Shown piece after piece: positions 30,873 through 40,709 of a DNA stretch of 64,000 bases (the first letter of the stretch is position 1; every line of letters begins with the position of its first letter). The stretch spans positions 1,945,732 to 2,009,731 of the forward strand of contig OZ251501.1 of NCBI GenBank assembly GCA_965242715.1, in the 5' to 3' direction. The translations under genes and the position numbers were made by a program. Under the pieces are notes generated by a model, which was not told the origin of the DNA, did no database searches, and was given only the letters and a program-made list of their open reading frames with translations. The DNA comes from Tenacibaculum sp. (lineage in GTDB: Bacteria > Bacteroidota > Bacteroidia > Flavobacteriales > Flavobacteriaceae).

Positions 30873-32211
30873 ATTTACAAAATGACCCATTATTTAAAGA
30901 TGTTCTTCAAGGAGATTTGGCTTCTCAACCTACTATTTCTCGTTTTGAAAACAGTTTGAATAAAGAAACTATTTTCAAACTTTCTTACGCTTGGATTGAT
31001 CGTTACGTATCAAGCCTAAAAGGTCGAGATGAAATAACAATTGATGTTGATGCTACCGATGATCCAACATATGGGAATCAACAAATGTCAATGTTCAATG
31101 GTTATTATGGACAGTTTATGTTAAATGAATTATTTTTTCATGATGGAGAAACCGGTCAAATTATCCTGCCAGTTCTTCGCCCAGGAAATAGCCATTCGAA
31201 TCGATGGTATGTCGGAATTTTAAGAAGAATTATTCAAAAAATAAAAAAAGCATATCCTGAACTAAAAATTACTATTCGAACAGATAGTGGATTTAGTTGT
31301 GCTCCTTTTTATAAATTAGGAGCTGATTATGATTTGTTTTTTGTAACAGGTCAGGCTAGTAATTCGGTACTCAAAAGAAAGGTTGAGCGTTGTAAAAAAG
31401 CGGTTCAACTTCAATATGTAAATCAGCATAAAAAACACCAACATTTCACATCGTTTCGCTATCAAGCCAAAAGTTGGCATAAACCACAACAAGCTTACTG
31501 TAAAATAGAAAGTACAGGGAAAGGCTTAAATGTTCGTCATTTTATAAGTAATATTAAAGAGAAAGGTGCCCGAGAAATATACTTTGATTTCTATGTAAAA
31601 CGAGGTGAATCTAGCGAAAACAGAATTAAAGAAGTCAAGAATATGTGTTTTTCCGATCGATTATCCAATCATGGATTTGTTGCAAACTTCTTCAGGTTGT
31701 TTTTAAGTAGTTTAGCCTACGAACTATTTTTATTACTAAAAAAAAGCATCAAAAAAACAACATTTGAAAAGGCTGAAAAATGGCAAATAAATACAATAAG
31801 AACCAATTTATTAAAAGTTGGAGCTACCATAAAAGTCACTAAAAAACGAATATATTATCAGTGATCAAGAGCATTTGTATATCAAGATTTGTTTCGAGAG
31901 ATAATAACTCAATAACGGTTTTAAAGTGAGAATTTTAAAACCTTGGGATACCTATGCTCTGTTAGTAAAATTAATCCTTTTTAACTTTTAAAATCAATTA
32001 TAACATACTATTTACTCCAAAAAAGTTTAAAAAACGAAAGAGAGAATCCTAAAATCTAGAGATAAAAAATCTATTTTGAAATTTGTTCTAAATATAAATC
32101 CTATGAATAATGCGGGTTAATTCCATTTTTACTATTACTTTTTTCTATTTTTATTCCCAATAAAACAGTTTCATTCTCATTAGAAACATATATATTTCCT
32201 ATTCGTTTTAT

Positions 32212-33494
32212 GGCTCTACCCTTATTTTAATGGGTAAAGATTTAAACCTCCATTAAAAAAGAGTATTGCACTTCTAAAGTTTTTAAAAGTTCTATATCCT
32301 TTTCCAATAGATTTAAGTTCTTGTATTTTTCCATTTAATCTTTCAGCCATTGCATTGCTATACTCAGTTATTAAGGCATTTATAACTCCAGAGAGATGTT
32401 TTTCAAACATTGTAACAACCTTTGTTACTTCTTTAATTTGCTTAGAAGTAGAATTTCGTATCCATTTAATTAGTAAATAAAAACCATTAATATACTTAGT
32501 TTCTTTATGGAATAAATCTTTAAAATTTTCTTTGACTTGCCACGCCTTGCTAACTTCATAGTTCGCCTTGATTATTGCATCAAATTTTATTCGTTGTTTC
32601 TCGGTTAGGTTTTCTTGGTTTTTAAGTAACGCATATCTACTGTTTATCAATTCATCATTCGTTTTAACTTCTCTTCTTCTAACCTTATCAATAGCGGTAT
32701 TTAAATACTTAACCAAATGAAATCTGTCGTGAACAATAGATGCGTTTGGTAATTGACTTTTAGAGGTAGAAATATAAGCTTTCCACATATCTAAACTTAT
32801 AGTTTTAACCTGTTTTTGTTGTTGTTTTGTCATAGATTTATCAAATAGTTTTTCTACAGATTCTTTAGTTCTTCCTTCTTCTACATCTATGATAAAACCA
32901 CTTCTAGGATGACTTAAGACACTTATATATTTATGTCCTTTCTTAAACGATTTTTCATCCAAACTCAAACGACTAAAATCCATATTTGATAAATCTCTCC
33001 TACTCAAACCTCTTTCTGTACTTAAATGAATTACTCTATTGATGACATTAAAACCACAACGCATTAATTTTGCTGTTTTTGTTTGATTTTTAGTTGCTAA
33101 TAGTAAATCAATTATTGCATGTTCAAAAAGGTGTGTATGACGTGTATGCTTATCTGCCCATGGCGGAACTATGGTGATTACAGCTCCTTGACTGTTCTTT
33201 ATTCTTGGCAACTTACAACTTATAAAAGTCTTATATTGCATCGTATCTAAATGACGCCATTCTCGATTTGGTGCATGGTCATATAAACTACATAATTCCA
33301 TGGTCTCTGGACAAAGGGCTCTTTCTCCTATGAATTTAATGACTATTTTTATGTCTGAAATTGCATAATCTGCTTCTACTTTTACAACTTGCCAGTTGTC
33401 ATCTAAATTTAGTAGTAAATCGAAAAATTGATGTGTAAACATTTTACCTTTTTTTTACGAATTTAATAAATTCCATTAAATTCGTGGTAGAACC
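32212..33494 (-). mobile_element. ISL3-family insertion sequence (1283 bp)
   Basis: IRs GGCTCTACC / GGTTCTACC. 8-bp TSD CGTTTTAT (32204-32211) versus CTTTTTAT (33495-33502), a 7/8 match. Confidence 0.8.
32222..33442 (-). CDS. ISL3-family transposase
   Basis: 406 aa. Typical ISL3 layout with a zinc-finger-like N-terminus (CPETMELCSLYDH), LDEKSFKKGHKYISV and DMWKAY...HDRFHLVKYLN. Confidence 0.88.
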   Translation of the reverse strand: MFTHQFFDLLLNLDDNWQVVKVEADYAISDIKIVIKFIGERALCPETMELCSLYDHAPNREWRHLDTMQYKTFISCKLPRIKNSQGAVITIVPPWADKHTRHTHLFEHAIIDLLLATKNQTKTAKLMRCGFNVINRVIHLSTERGLSRRDLSNMDFSRLSLDEKSFKKGHKYISVLSHPRSGFIIDVEEGRTKESVEKLFDKSMTKQQQKQVKTISLDMWKAYISTSKSQLPNASIVHDRFHLVKYLNTAIDKVRRREVKTNDELINSRYALLKNQENLTEKQRIKFDAIIKANYEVSKAWQVKENFKDLFHKETKYINGFYLLIKWIRNSTSKQIKEVTKVVTMFEKHLSGVINALITEYSNAMAERLNGKIQELKSIGKGYRTFKNFRSAILFFNGGLNLYPLK

Positions 33495-33655
33495 CTTTTT
33501 ATAATTACCTTTTTAGTAATTATAGATATCGGTTTATATGAATCTTGGGCATAAGAATAGATTATACTTTAATAAATTATTTGAATACACCCGAAATAAT
33601 ATGGGCTTCTACAACTACAAGTCAATTAATATTAGGTGGAGCTTTTTCTTTACTA

Positions 33656-34826
33656 ACTCATGTTACGCATCCAAACCTCAAAAAAGGATGATTAAGCAGC
33701 TTTAGGTGTTGATAACTTTCTGAGTTCGTTATGAGCTGCTTTTTGAGCTGCTAAATAGATTTGTGTTTTCATAGCAAAATGATTTTTCCCTGTTCTTTGT
33801 TTAAGCCACTCTAACTTTATATAAGCTACAATTGACAATACAAAATGATTCGTTTGAGTTTCTGTTTTTTTAGTTGGAGATTTAGCAAAACCTGTGTTAC
33901 TTTTAATCGATTTGTGATACTCTTCTACTGCCCACCGTTTTTTGTAGATTGTAGTTATTTGGTTATACGATAAATTTAAATCACTACAAGCCAAGTACAA
34001 CTCGCCGACTGTATCATTCTCGTTTTTGAAAACTTGCTTTGTAAGCAACAGCGGAAAGTCTAGTTTTTCAAACCAAACTTCCACGGTTTGTTGTCTTGGC
34101 TGTAATGTTTTAATATTCACGTATGCTCCATTTTGCTTATCTTCTAAGGATAAGGCTACTTTTCGATTGCTTTTTAAGGCAATAATAAAATCATTTTTTA
34201 AAAGTTCTTTACAATAAACCATGTTCTCTGCTGAAGAAAACCAACTATCAGCCAACACATAATCAAAGTGTATTTTGCTACTACATTCCTGCAACATTTC
34301 TCTAAAAAGTTCGTTTTTAGTTTTGCTGCTTTTACGCTTTTGCCTTCCTGTTTTTTTGTCGGTAACCCAAATATTTTTCTTTATAAACTCTACACCACAC
34401 GGTATACGCATGCCTCCAACTTCGACTAAAGCAGTTAGAAAATTAACCCCTTTTACAGACCTTCCAAACACATGGTCAAAATGCCAAGTGTTCAACTCAC
34501 TTTCATCTGTATATTGTTTTTCTTGTATCGAATCATCAAAACTTAAAATGATAGTTTCTTTAGATTGAGTCAATTCTTCAACATAAGGTTTTGCCTTTTT
34601 CCATAGAAATTTACTGTCATAAACACCCGTTGATAATGCTCGTGTTATTTTATCATGTTTTATAGAGAGTAATGAAGCCATACCTGTAGCTGTCGTGTAA
34701 GAACTTGAACTTATCAAATAATCAGTATACAAATCAACAAAATTATCCATCTTTTTATTTCTCAAAGTTGTTAACAAGATAAACTATAAATATCTTAAAT
34801 TCAAATTATTCTTGCGTAAGGTGAGT
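33656..34826 (-). mobile_element. 1171-bp IS4-superfamily insertion sequence, copy 1
   Basis: IRs ACTCACCTTACGCA / ACTCATGTTACGCA. 5-bp TSD TACTA at 33651-33655 and 34827-34831. Confidence 0.88.
33692..34777 (-). CDS. IS4-superfamily (IS701-like) DDE transposase
   Basis: 361 aa from the TTG start; the probable ATG start is at MDNFVDLY. YREK signature in YKKRWAVEEYHKSIK. There are three identical copies. Confidence 0.8.
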   Translation of the reverse strand: MLTTLRNKKMDNFVDLYTDYLISSSSYTTATGMASLLSIKHDKITRALSTGVYDSKFLWKKAKPYVEELTQSKETIILSFDDSIQEKQYTDESELNTWHFDHVFGRSVKGVNFLTALVEVGGMRIPCGVEFIKKNIWVTDKKTGRQKRKSSKTKNELFREMLQECSSKIHFDYVLADSWFSSAENMVYCKELLKNDFIIALKSNRKVALSLEDKQNGAYVNIKTLQPRQQTVEVWFEKLDFPLLLTKQVFKNENDTVGELYLACSDLNLSYNQITTIYKKRWAVEEYHKSIKSNTGFAKSPTKKTETQTNHFVLSIVAYIKLEWLKQRTGKNHFAMKTQIYLAAQKAAHNELRKLSTPKAA

Positions 34827-35998
34827 TACTAATTAGCTTATTTTTTTACAGATTATTCGAAAGATTAATTAAAAATAATGTTCTTAAATTTAAAAAAGGG
34901 TCTTTTATAGAAGCTTTTGTTTTATTGCTTTTAACAGGATTATTAATTATACCTATTCGTGGCGGAGTACAAGAAATCTCTTTAAACCAAAGCAATGTTT
35001 ATTTTTCGAAAAACATGTTTGCAAATCATGCTGCTGTTAATAGTCTCTGGAATTTTTCTCATTCTTTTTCTCATAAAATAGAAAAAACAAATCCATATAT
35101 AAATTTTGACCCGCAATTTGCTGAAAGTATTATTAATAAAAGAAGAAATAATCTTTTAGATAATAATTATAAAATTTTAAAGACAAACAACCCAAACGTT
35201 ATTTTAATTATTTAGGAGAGCCTAACAGGTAAATTAGTTGAATCTATTGGAGGCGAACCTAATGTTACTAAAAACTTAAATAGCCTTTCTAAAGAAGGTA
35301 TCTTATTTTCTAATTTATGCAAATGGAGATAGAACTGACAAAGCTATTACAGCTATTTTAAGTGGTTACTATCCTCAAACCAAAAATAGCATTATTAAAA
35401 TGTCAAATAAGACTAGATCTTTGCCGATGCTCACAAAAAAAAATGATAGCCCTTGGTTACACACCAGTTTTTATTATGGTGGTGATTTAAATTTTGGTAA
35501 TTTGAATACTTATTTTAGAAATGGTGGCGTAACCGATTTTGTAAATGGAAGTCATTTTAACAAGAAAGATTGGAACTCTAAATGGGACCCTTAATAAAAA
35601 AGATACTGTTGTTGCAAATATTGCAAGTCAAATCGATTTCCCTTACACTTTATTAAAAAGATTAAACAAGCCTGAAGAGGCTGCTAGTTTTAAATGGGGT
35701 GAAAATATTTTCAATAATTATGAAAATCAATATGCTCATTATATTTTTAACAATGGTTTTGGTACAATAGACAAAAACGGAACATTCGTTTACGATTATA
35801 CAAGTAGAAAAAGTATTATTTCTGAAGGTATATCAGCCACAAAATTAGATTTTCTAGGTAAAGCAATAACACAAAAGGCCTATCAAGATTTTATGAACAG
35901 GTAAATTACACAAATAAACAAACCCAAAAATTGCCAAAAAGCTATATTTATGGGTTTGAATGGGAGAATGGGAGGGGGAACACTTATTCTCCTTGGCA

Positions 35999-36283
35999 CT
36001 ATAACGTTTTAATAGAGCACCCTATTGCTTTAGTATGTGTATTTTTTATTTCTTTCCCTACTAAAAGCGCTTCAATTGCATTAGCAACATAATGGTTCAC
36101 TCCTTTCGAATCTATTGCATTATTACCAATAGCACCAATATACACTACTTTTAAACCTTCTTTTTCTTTATTTAAAAGATACACGTGTGGTGTTCTAGTT
36201 GCTCCATATTTAGGATATACTTTTTGACCTTCATCCAACAAATACGGAAAAGTAAATTCTTTTACCGCTGCGCGTTGTACCAT
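35999..36283 (-). pseudogene. Thioredoxin-fold (redoxin) protein, 5'-truncated remnant
   Basis: Only the C-terminal about 94 aa remain (FTFPYLLDEGQKVYPKYGATRTPHVYLL...KAIGCSIK). The N-terminal half with the CxxC motif is absent. The upstream frame closes within about 60 nt, inside the neighbouring gene. Confidence 0.6.
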
Positions 36284-36303
36284 TCCTTTAAAACCTTCAT
36301 TTT

Positions 36304-36833
36304 TTAGTGTTTTAAGAAAGTTTGTACTTCGGTTTGTAAATCTTTATAGTCAAACGACCGCTCATAAAACTTACGTTTATTTTTATTATAAATTAAAGTT
36401 GCAGGCAATGCTCCAGACCAATCTTTATCAATAGCATTTATATAACGTTGCTCATCATTATCATTTAATACTACTACTTTAGATTTAATATTTTTTTTAT
36501 TGATAAAAGGAATTAGTTTCTTTTGCAGTTGCTTCGGAAAGTCTAAACTTACTAACAATACCTCAACATTTTTATCTTTAAAATCGGCATTCAATTTTTC
36601 AAAAACAGGAAGTTCTTTTACACAAGGCGCACACCAAGTTGCCCAAAAATTTACTACATAAACTTTGTTATCCTTTAAATTTAAAAGCGGTTCAAACCAT
36701 CGTAATTATAACTTTTTACTGAAGTAAGAACTGTCTTTACAATCTTTATTTCTTCTTTTACTTCGGGTTTAGGCTCTCCCTTACATCCAAAGAAAAATAA
36801 AATAATTATAAATAATAATATAATTTCACGCAT
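36304..36833 (-). pseudogene. TlpA-like thiol:disulfide oxidoreductase lipoprotein, frameshifted
   Basis: MREIILLFIIILFFFGCKGE... (lipoprotein signal) stops at about 36690. One frame over it continues FEPLLNLKDNKVYVVNFWATWCAPCVKELPVFEKLNADFKDKNVEV... to the stop at 36304. This implies a single 1-nt indel within about 36690-36710. Confidence 0.7.
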
Positions 36834-36910
36834 AACTGTCTAAAAGTACAAAGAAACGAAGATGATAAAAAATGATTAACTAAAGATTAGCAATACTTTA
36901 ACTTGATATT

Positions 36911-37696
36911 TTAACAAAAAATATCGTTTAACAATTTAGCTAAACGAATTCCGCCTTTTTGAAGTTGTTTTCTAACGGTAGAAAAATGGTCATAAGAGTA
37001 TTTATACCTTAAATTTTCGCCAACTTTTACGGAGTTATACACCTCTCTTGTTAACTGATGTGTATCTTTTACCCAATCAACAACAGTACCTTTTTCTATT
37101 TCTTTTATCTGATTTTTAGATAAATATTCAGTATTATTTGCTAACTCTAAATAACTCATACCCCATTGTTCAATCATGTTTTCATCCCAAACTCTATGTA
37201 AATTTGTTCCTTTTTTAAACCATTGAACTTGTATGGTATTTCCTCCTTTATCTTCTTTTAGCCCAATATGCATTGGTTGGTGTAAATCACCTACTAAATG
37301 GACTAACATTTTTAAATAAAATACCTTGTTTTTTTCAGTACTATTTTTATCTTTTAAAACTTCTATACATTTGTTAATACCAGTAACCAAATCTCCTTTT
37401 GGGTTTTTAACTGCTGCTGCATAACTTCCGTCTAAAGGCATATTTACATAATGCCAAGAATAAAATTTACTATACTTTCTATCTGATTTAATTTCGTCTC
37501 CATAAGTAGACACAAATGCTAGGCTTTGCCCTTTTAATAGTTTATCTATTTTACGTTTTACACTTTTCTTTAAATGCATTTCTGCAATTTTTCCAATTGC
37601 TCTGTGCCCTGTTGGCCCCCAAACATCATCGTTATTAGCTTTTAACGAGAAAGAAATTAAAAAAATTGATATAAATATTAAAGCAATTGTTTTCAT
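36911..37696 (-). CDS. S1/P1 nuclease family protein (secreted)
   Basis: Start at MKTIALIFISIF (signal peptide). WGPTGHRAIG, HYVN and VGDLHQPMH motifs of S1/P1 nucleases. Confidence 0.85.
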   Translation of the reverse strand: MKTIALIFISIFLISFSLKANNDDVWGPTGHRAIGKIAEMHLKKSVKRKIDKLLKGQSLAFVSTYGDEIKSDRKYSKFYSWHYVNMPLDGSYAAAVKNPKGDLVTGINKCIEVLKDKNSTEKNKVFYLKMLVHLVGDLHQPMHIGLKEDKGGNTIQVQWFKKGTNLHRVWDENMIEQWGMSYLELANNTEYLSKNQIKEIEKGTVVDWVKDTHQLTREVYNSVKVGENLRYKYSYDHFSTVRKQLQKGGIRLAKLLNDIFC

Positions 37697-37812
37697 AAAA
37701 AAATTATAAGGGGGGATTATTTCTGCTAAGGTAAAATAATTTAGAGAAAATATTTGGAAAATTAAAAAAATATATGATATCATTTTGATATCATAATAAA
37801 ATACACAAACAA

Positions 37813-38673
37813 ATGACTACAGAAAAAATCATCAAACCAATAAATGGTTATTTAATGTTTATTATCGTTTTAACTCTTTTTATAGGAGGAATAGTATTCA
37901 GTATTAGAAATGAAAAACCGATTTACTTATTAGCTACTTTAGTAGGTTTCATCTTAGCATTCGGTTTTATATTAGTAAACCCAAACATCTCTAAAGTGCT
38001 ATTGTTCTTTGGGAAATACGTAGGAACGGTAAAACAAAACGGATTATATTGGGCAAATCCATTATTCAAAAAGAAAAAAATATCATTACGAGCTAGTAAT
38101 TTTGATAGCGAACGTTTAAAAGTGAACGACAAATTAGGAAATCCAATTATGATTTCTACTATTTTAGTTTGGCGAGTTACAGAAACTTATAAAGCGGCTT
38201 TTGATGTTGATAATTATGAAAATTTTGTAAGAGTACAAACCGATGCTGCTGTTAGAAAATTAGCAAGTATGTATCCGTATGACAATTTTGCAGACGAAGG
38301 TCATGAAGAAGATATTACATTGCGTTCTAGTGTAAATGAAGTTTCTGAGGCTTTAGAAAAAGAATTAGAAGAACGTCTTTCTATTGCAGGTATTGAAGTT
38401 TTAGAAGCAAGGATTGGTTACTTAGCCTATGCACAAGAAATTGCAAGCGCTATGTTAAAACGCCAGCAAGCTACTGCAATTGTTGCTGCAAGACATAAAA
38501 TTGTACAAGGTGCTGTAGAAATGGTTGAGATGGCTTTAGATGAACTAAATAAAAGACAAATTGTTGAATTAGATGAAGAACGTAAAGCTGCAATGGTAAG
38601 TAATTTATTAGTAATTTTATGTGGCGACAAAGAAGCCTCACCAGTGTTAAATACAGGAACCCTAAGTCATTAA
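37813..38673 (+). CDS. SPFH/band 7 domain membrane protein
   Basis: 286 aa. Two N-terminal TM helices and an SPFH-like core (ISLRASNFDSERLKVNDKLGNPIMISTILVWRV). Confidence 0.8.
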   Translation: MTTEKIIKPINGYLMFIIVLTLFIGGIVFSIRNEKPIYLLATLVGFILAFGFILVNPNISKVLLFFGKYVGTVKQNGLYWANPLFKKKKISLRASNFDSERLKVNDKLGNPIMISTILVWRVTETYKAAFDVDNYENFVRVQTDAAVRKLASMYPYDNFADEGHEEDITLRSSVNEVSEALEKELEERLSIAGIEVLEARIGYLAYAQEIASAMLKRQQATAIVAARHKIVQGAVEMVEMALDELNKRQIVELDEERKAAMVSNLLVILCGDKEASPVLNTGTLSH

Positions 38674-38847
38674 TTTTAATAAAAAAAGAACCTAAATTAT
38701 GTTTCAGAAATAGATTTCAAAACTTCGAAAATATTTTAAATCAATATAATAAGAAAAGATTGGGCTAATGTATTTTTAAAAATAAATAAAAACAGGTAAA
38801 TGAAAGTATTTAAAGAAGAACAACGTTTTACACAAACTTGGTTAATA

Positions 38848-40018
38848 ACTCACCTTACGCAAGAATAATTTGAATTTAAGATATTTATAGTTTATCTTGT
38901 TAACAACTTTGAGAAATAAAAAGATGGATAATTTTGTTGATTTGTATACTGATTATTTGATAAGTTCAAGTTCTTACACGACAGCTACAGGTATGGCTTC
39001 ATTACTCTCTATAAAACATGATAAAATAACACGAGCATTATCAACGGGTGTTTATGACAGTAAATTTCTATGGAAAAAGGCAAAACCTTATGTTGAAGAA
39101 TTGACTCAATCTAAAGAAACTATCATTTTAAGTTTTGATGATTCGATACAAGAAAAACAATATACAGATGAAAGTGAGTTGAACACTTGGCATTTTGACC
39201 ATGTGTTTGGAAGGTCTGTAAAAGGGGTTAATTTTCTAACTGCTTTAGTCGAAGTTGGAGGCATGCGTATACCGTGTGGTGTAGAGTTTATAAAGAAAAA
39301 TATTTGGGTTACCGACAAAAAAACAGGAAGGCAAAAGCGTAAAAGCAGCAAAACTAAAAACGAACTTTTTAGAGAAATGTTGCAGGAATGTAGTAGCAAA
39401 ATACACTTTGATTATGTGTTGGCTGATAGTTGGTTTTCTTCAGCAGAGAACATGGTTTATTGTAAAGAACTTTTAAAAAATGATTTTATTATTGCCTTAA
39501 AAAGCAATCGAAAAGTAGCCTTATCCTTAGAAGATAAGCAAAATGGAGCATACGTGAATATTAAAACATTACAGCCAAGACAACAAACCGTGGAAGTTTG
39601 GTTTGAAAAACTAGACTTTCCGCTGTTGCTTACAAAGCAAGTTTTCAAAAACGAGAATGATACAGTCGGCGAGTTGTACTTGGCTTGTAGTGATTTAAAT
39701 TTATCGTATAACCAAATAACTACAATCTACAAAAAACGGTGGGCAGTAGAAGAGTATCACAAATCGATTAAAAGTAACACAGGTTTTGCTAAATCTCCAA
39801 CTAAAAAAACAGAAACTCAAACGAATCATTTTGTATTGTCAATTGTAGCTTATATAAAGTTAGAGTGGCTTAAACAAAGAACAGGGAAAAATCATTTTGC
39901 TATGAAAACACAAATCTATTTAGCAGCTCAAAAAGCAGCTCATAACGAACTCAGAAAGTTATCAACACCTAAAGCTGCTTAATCATCCTTTTTTGAGGTT
40001 TGGATGCGTAACATGAGT
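38848..40018 (+). mobile_element. 1171-bp IS4-superfamily insertion sequence, copy 2
   Basis: Same ends as copy 1. Perfect 5-bp TSD TAATA at 38843-38847 and 40019-40023. Confidence 0.9.
38897..39982 (+). CDS. IS4-superfamily (IS701-like) DDE transposase
   Basis: Identical to the 33692..34777 product. Confidence 0.8.
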   Translation: MLTTLRNKKMDNFVDLYTDYLISSSSYTTATGMASLLSIKHDKITRALSTGVYDSKFLWKKAKPYVEELTQSKETIILSFDDSIQEKQYTDESELNTWHFDHVFGRSVKGVNFLTALVEVGGMRIPCGVEFIKKNIWVTDKKTGRQKRKSSKTKNELFREMLQECSSKIHFDYVLADSWFSSAENMVYCKELLKNDFIIALKSNRKVALSLEDKQNGAYVNIKTLQPRQQTVEVWFEKLDFPLLLTKQVFKNENDTVGELYLACSDLNLSYNQITTIYKKRWAVEEYHKSIKSNTGFAKSPTKKTETQTNHFVLSIVAYIKLEWLKQRTGKNHFAMKTQIYLAAQKAAHNELRKLSTPKAA

Positions 40019-40709
40019 TAATAATACTTTTAGCTATAAGTGTTATTGTTCCAATAATATTCATCACAAAAGAATACCTAGAAGAAAACTCTAGTATGAC
40101 AACTAATAAATTTGTTTTAACACTGTGCGCCATTCTTGTCTCAATTTCTTTCATCTTTTTTTTAAAGCTAACTACTAGAGTAGATGAAAAAGGGATTTAC
40201 TATCAATTTTTTCCGTTTCATTGGTCGTTGAAAAAAATTGCCTGGAGTGAGGTAAGTAATGCTTATGTAAGAAATTATGACCCAATTGGAGAGTATGGTG
40301 GTTGGGGATTAAAAGGTGGTTCTTTTTGGAATAAATCTAAAGGAAAAGCCATTACTATTTCTGGAAGTGTTGGTATTCAACTTGAGTTTAAAAATGGTAA
40401 AAAATTACTAATTGGAACTCAAAAAGAAAATGATGTTAAACGAGTTTTGGCAACTTATAAATCTAAAATAAAAACGGCATGACACGTGTAACCTTATATT
40501 TAACAGTACTAATAATTAATATTTCAACGTCTTTTGCTCAAATAACTTCCGAAGAAATTCTAATTAAAAATGATGGCATAGAACTTCCTGGAACCTTAAC
40601 TTTTTCCGAAGAAAAAACACCTTTATTAATTTGGATTCATGGTTCTGGGCAAGTTGATAGAAACGATAATCAACTCGAACAAAATGTAAAAGCTAACTAT
40701 ATTAAACAA

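Larger units (their letters stand above)
29155..32116 (+). mobile_element. IS1380-family insertion sequence (about 1595 bp own sequence) carrying a nested IS
   Basis: IRs CCCGAATAATTCATCAGA / CCCGCATTATTCATAGGA. 4-bp TSD TTAA at 29151-29154 and 32117-32120. The transposase gene is split into 29250-29510 (MSTKDTLFYRG...DANDVTHL) and 30878-31864 (QNDPLFKDVLQGDLASQPTISRFEN...). Rejoined, it encodes about 415 aa. Confidence 0.85.
28969..35904 (+). pseudogene. LTA synthase/sulfatase-family membrane protein, shattered by IS insertions, stops, frameshifts and an internal deletion
   Basis: Fragments: 28969-29154 (FLYGVRLDASFAGYLSL), 32121-32211, 33503-33655 and 34832-35904 (LLIIPIRGG..., ILII*ESLTGKLVESIGGEPNVTKNLNSLSKEGILFSNL, GDRTDKAITAILSGYYPQ, FYYGGDLNFGN, SQIDFPYTLL). 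Removing each IS plus one TSD copy restores the local frame. Additional lesions are a TAG at 35213-35215, frameshifts near 29010-29030, 33565 and 35320, and a missing catalytic-domain block after about 35590. Confidence 0.8.
38800..40482 (+). pseudogene. Small membrane protein of unknown function, interrupted by an IS
   Basis: MKVFKEEQRFTQTWLI (38800-38847) and ORF 40024-40482 are in the same frame once IS 38848-40018 plus one TSD copy is removed. The reconstructed product is about 168 aa. Confidence 0.7.
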
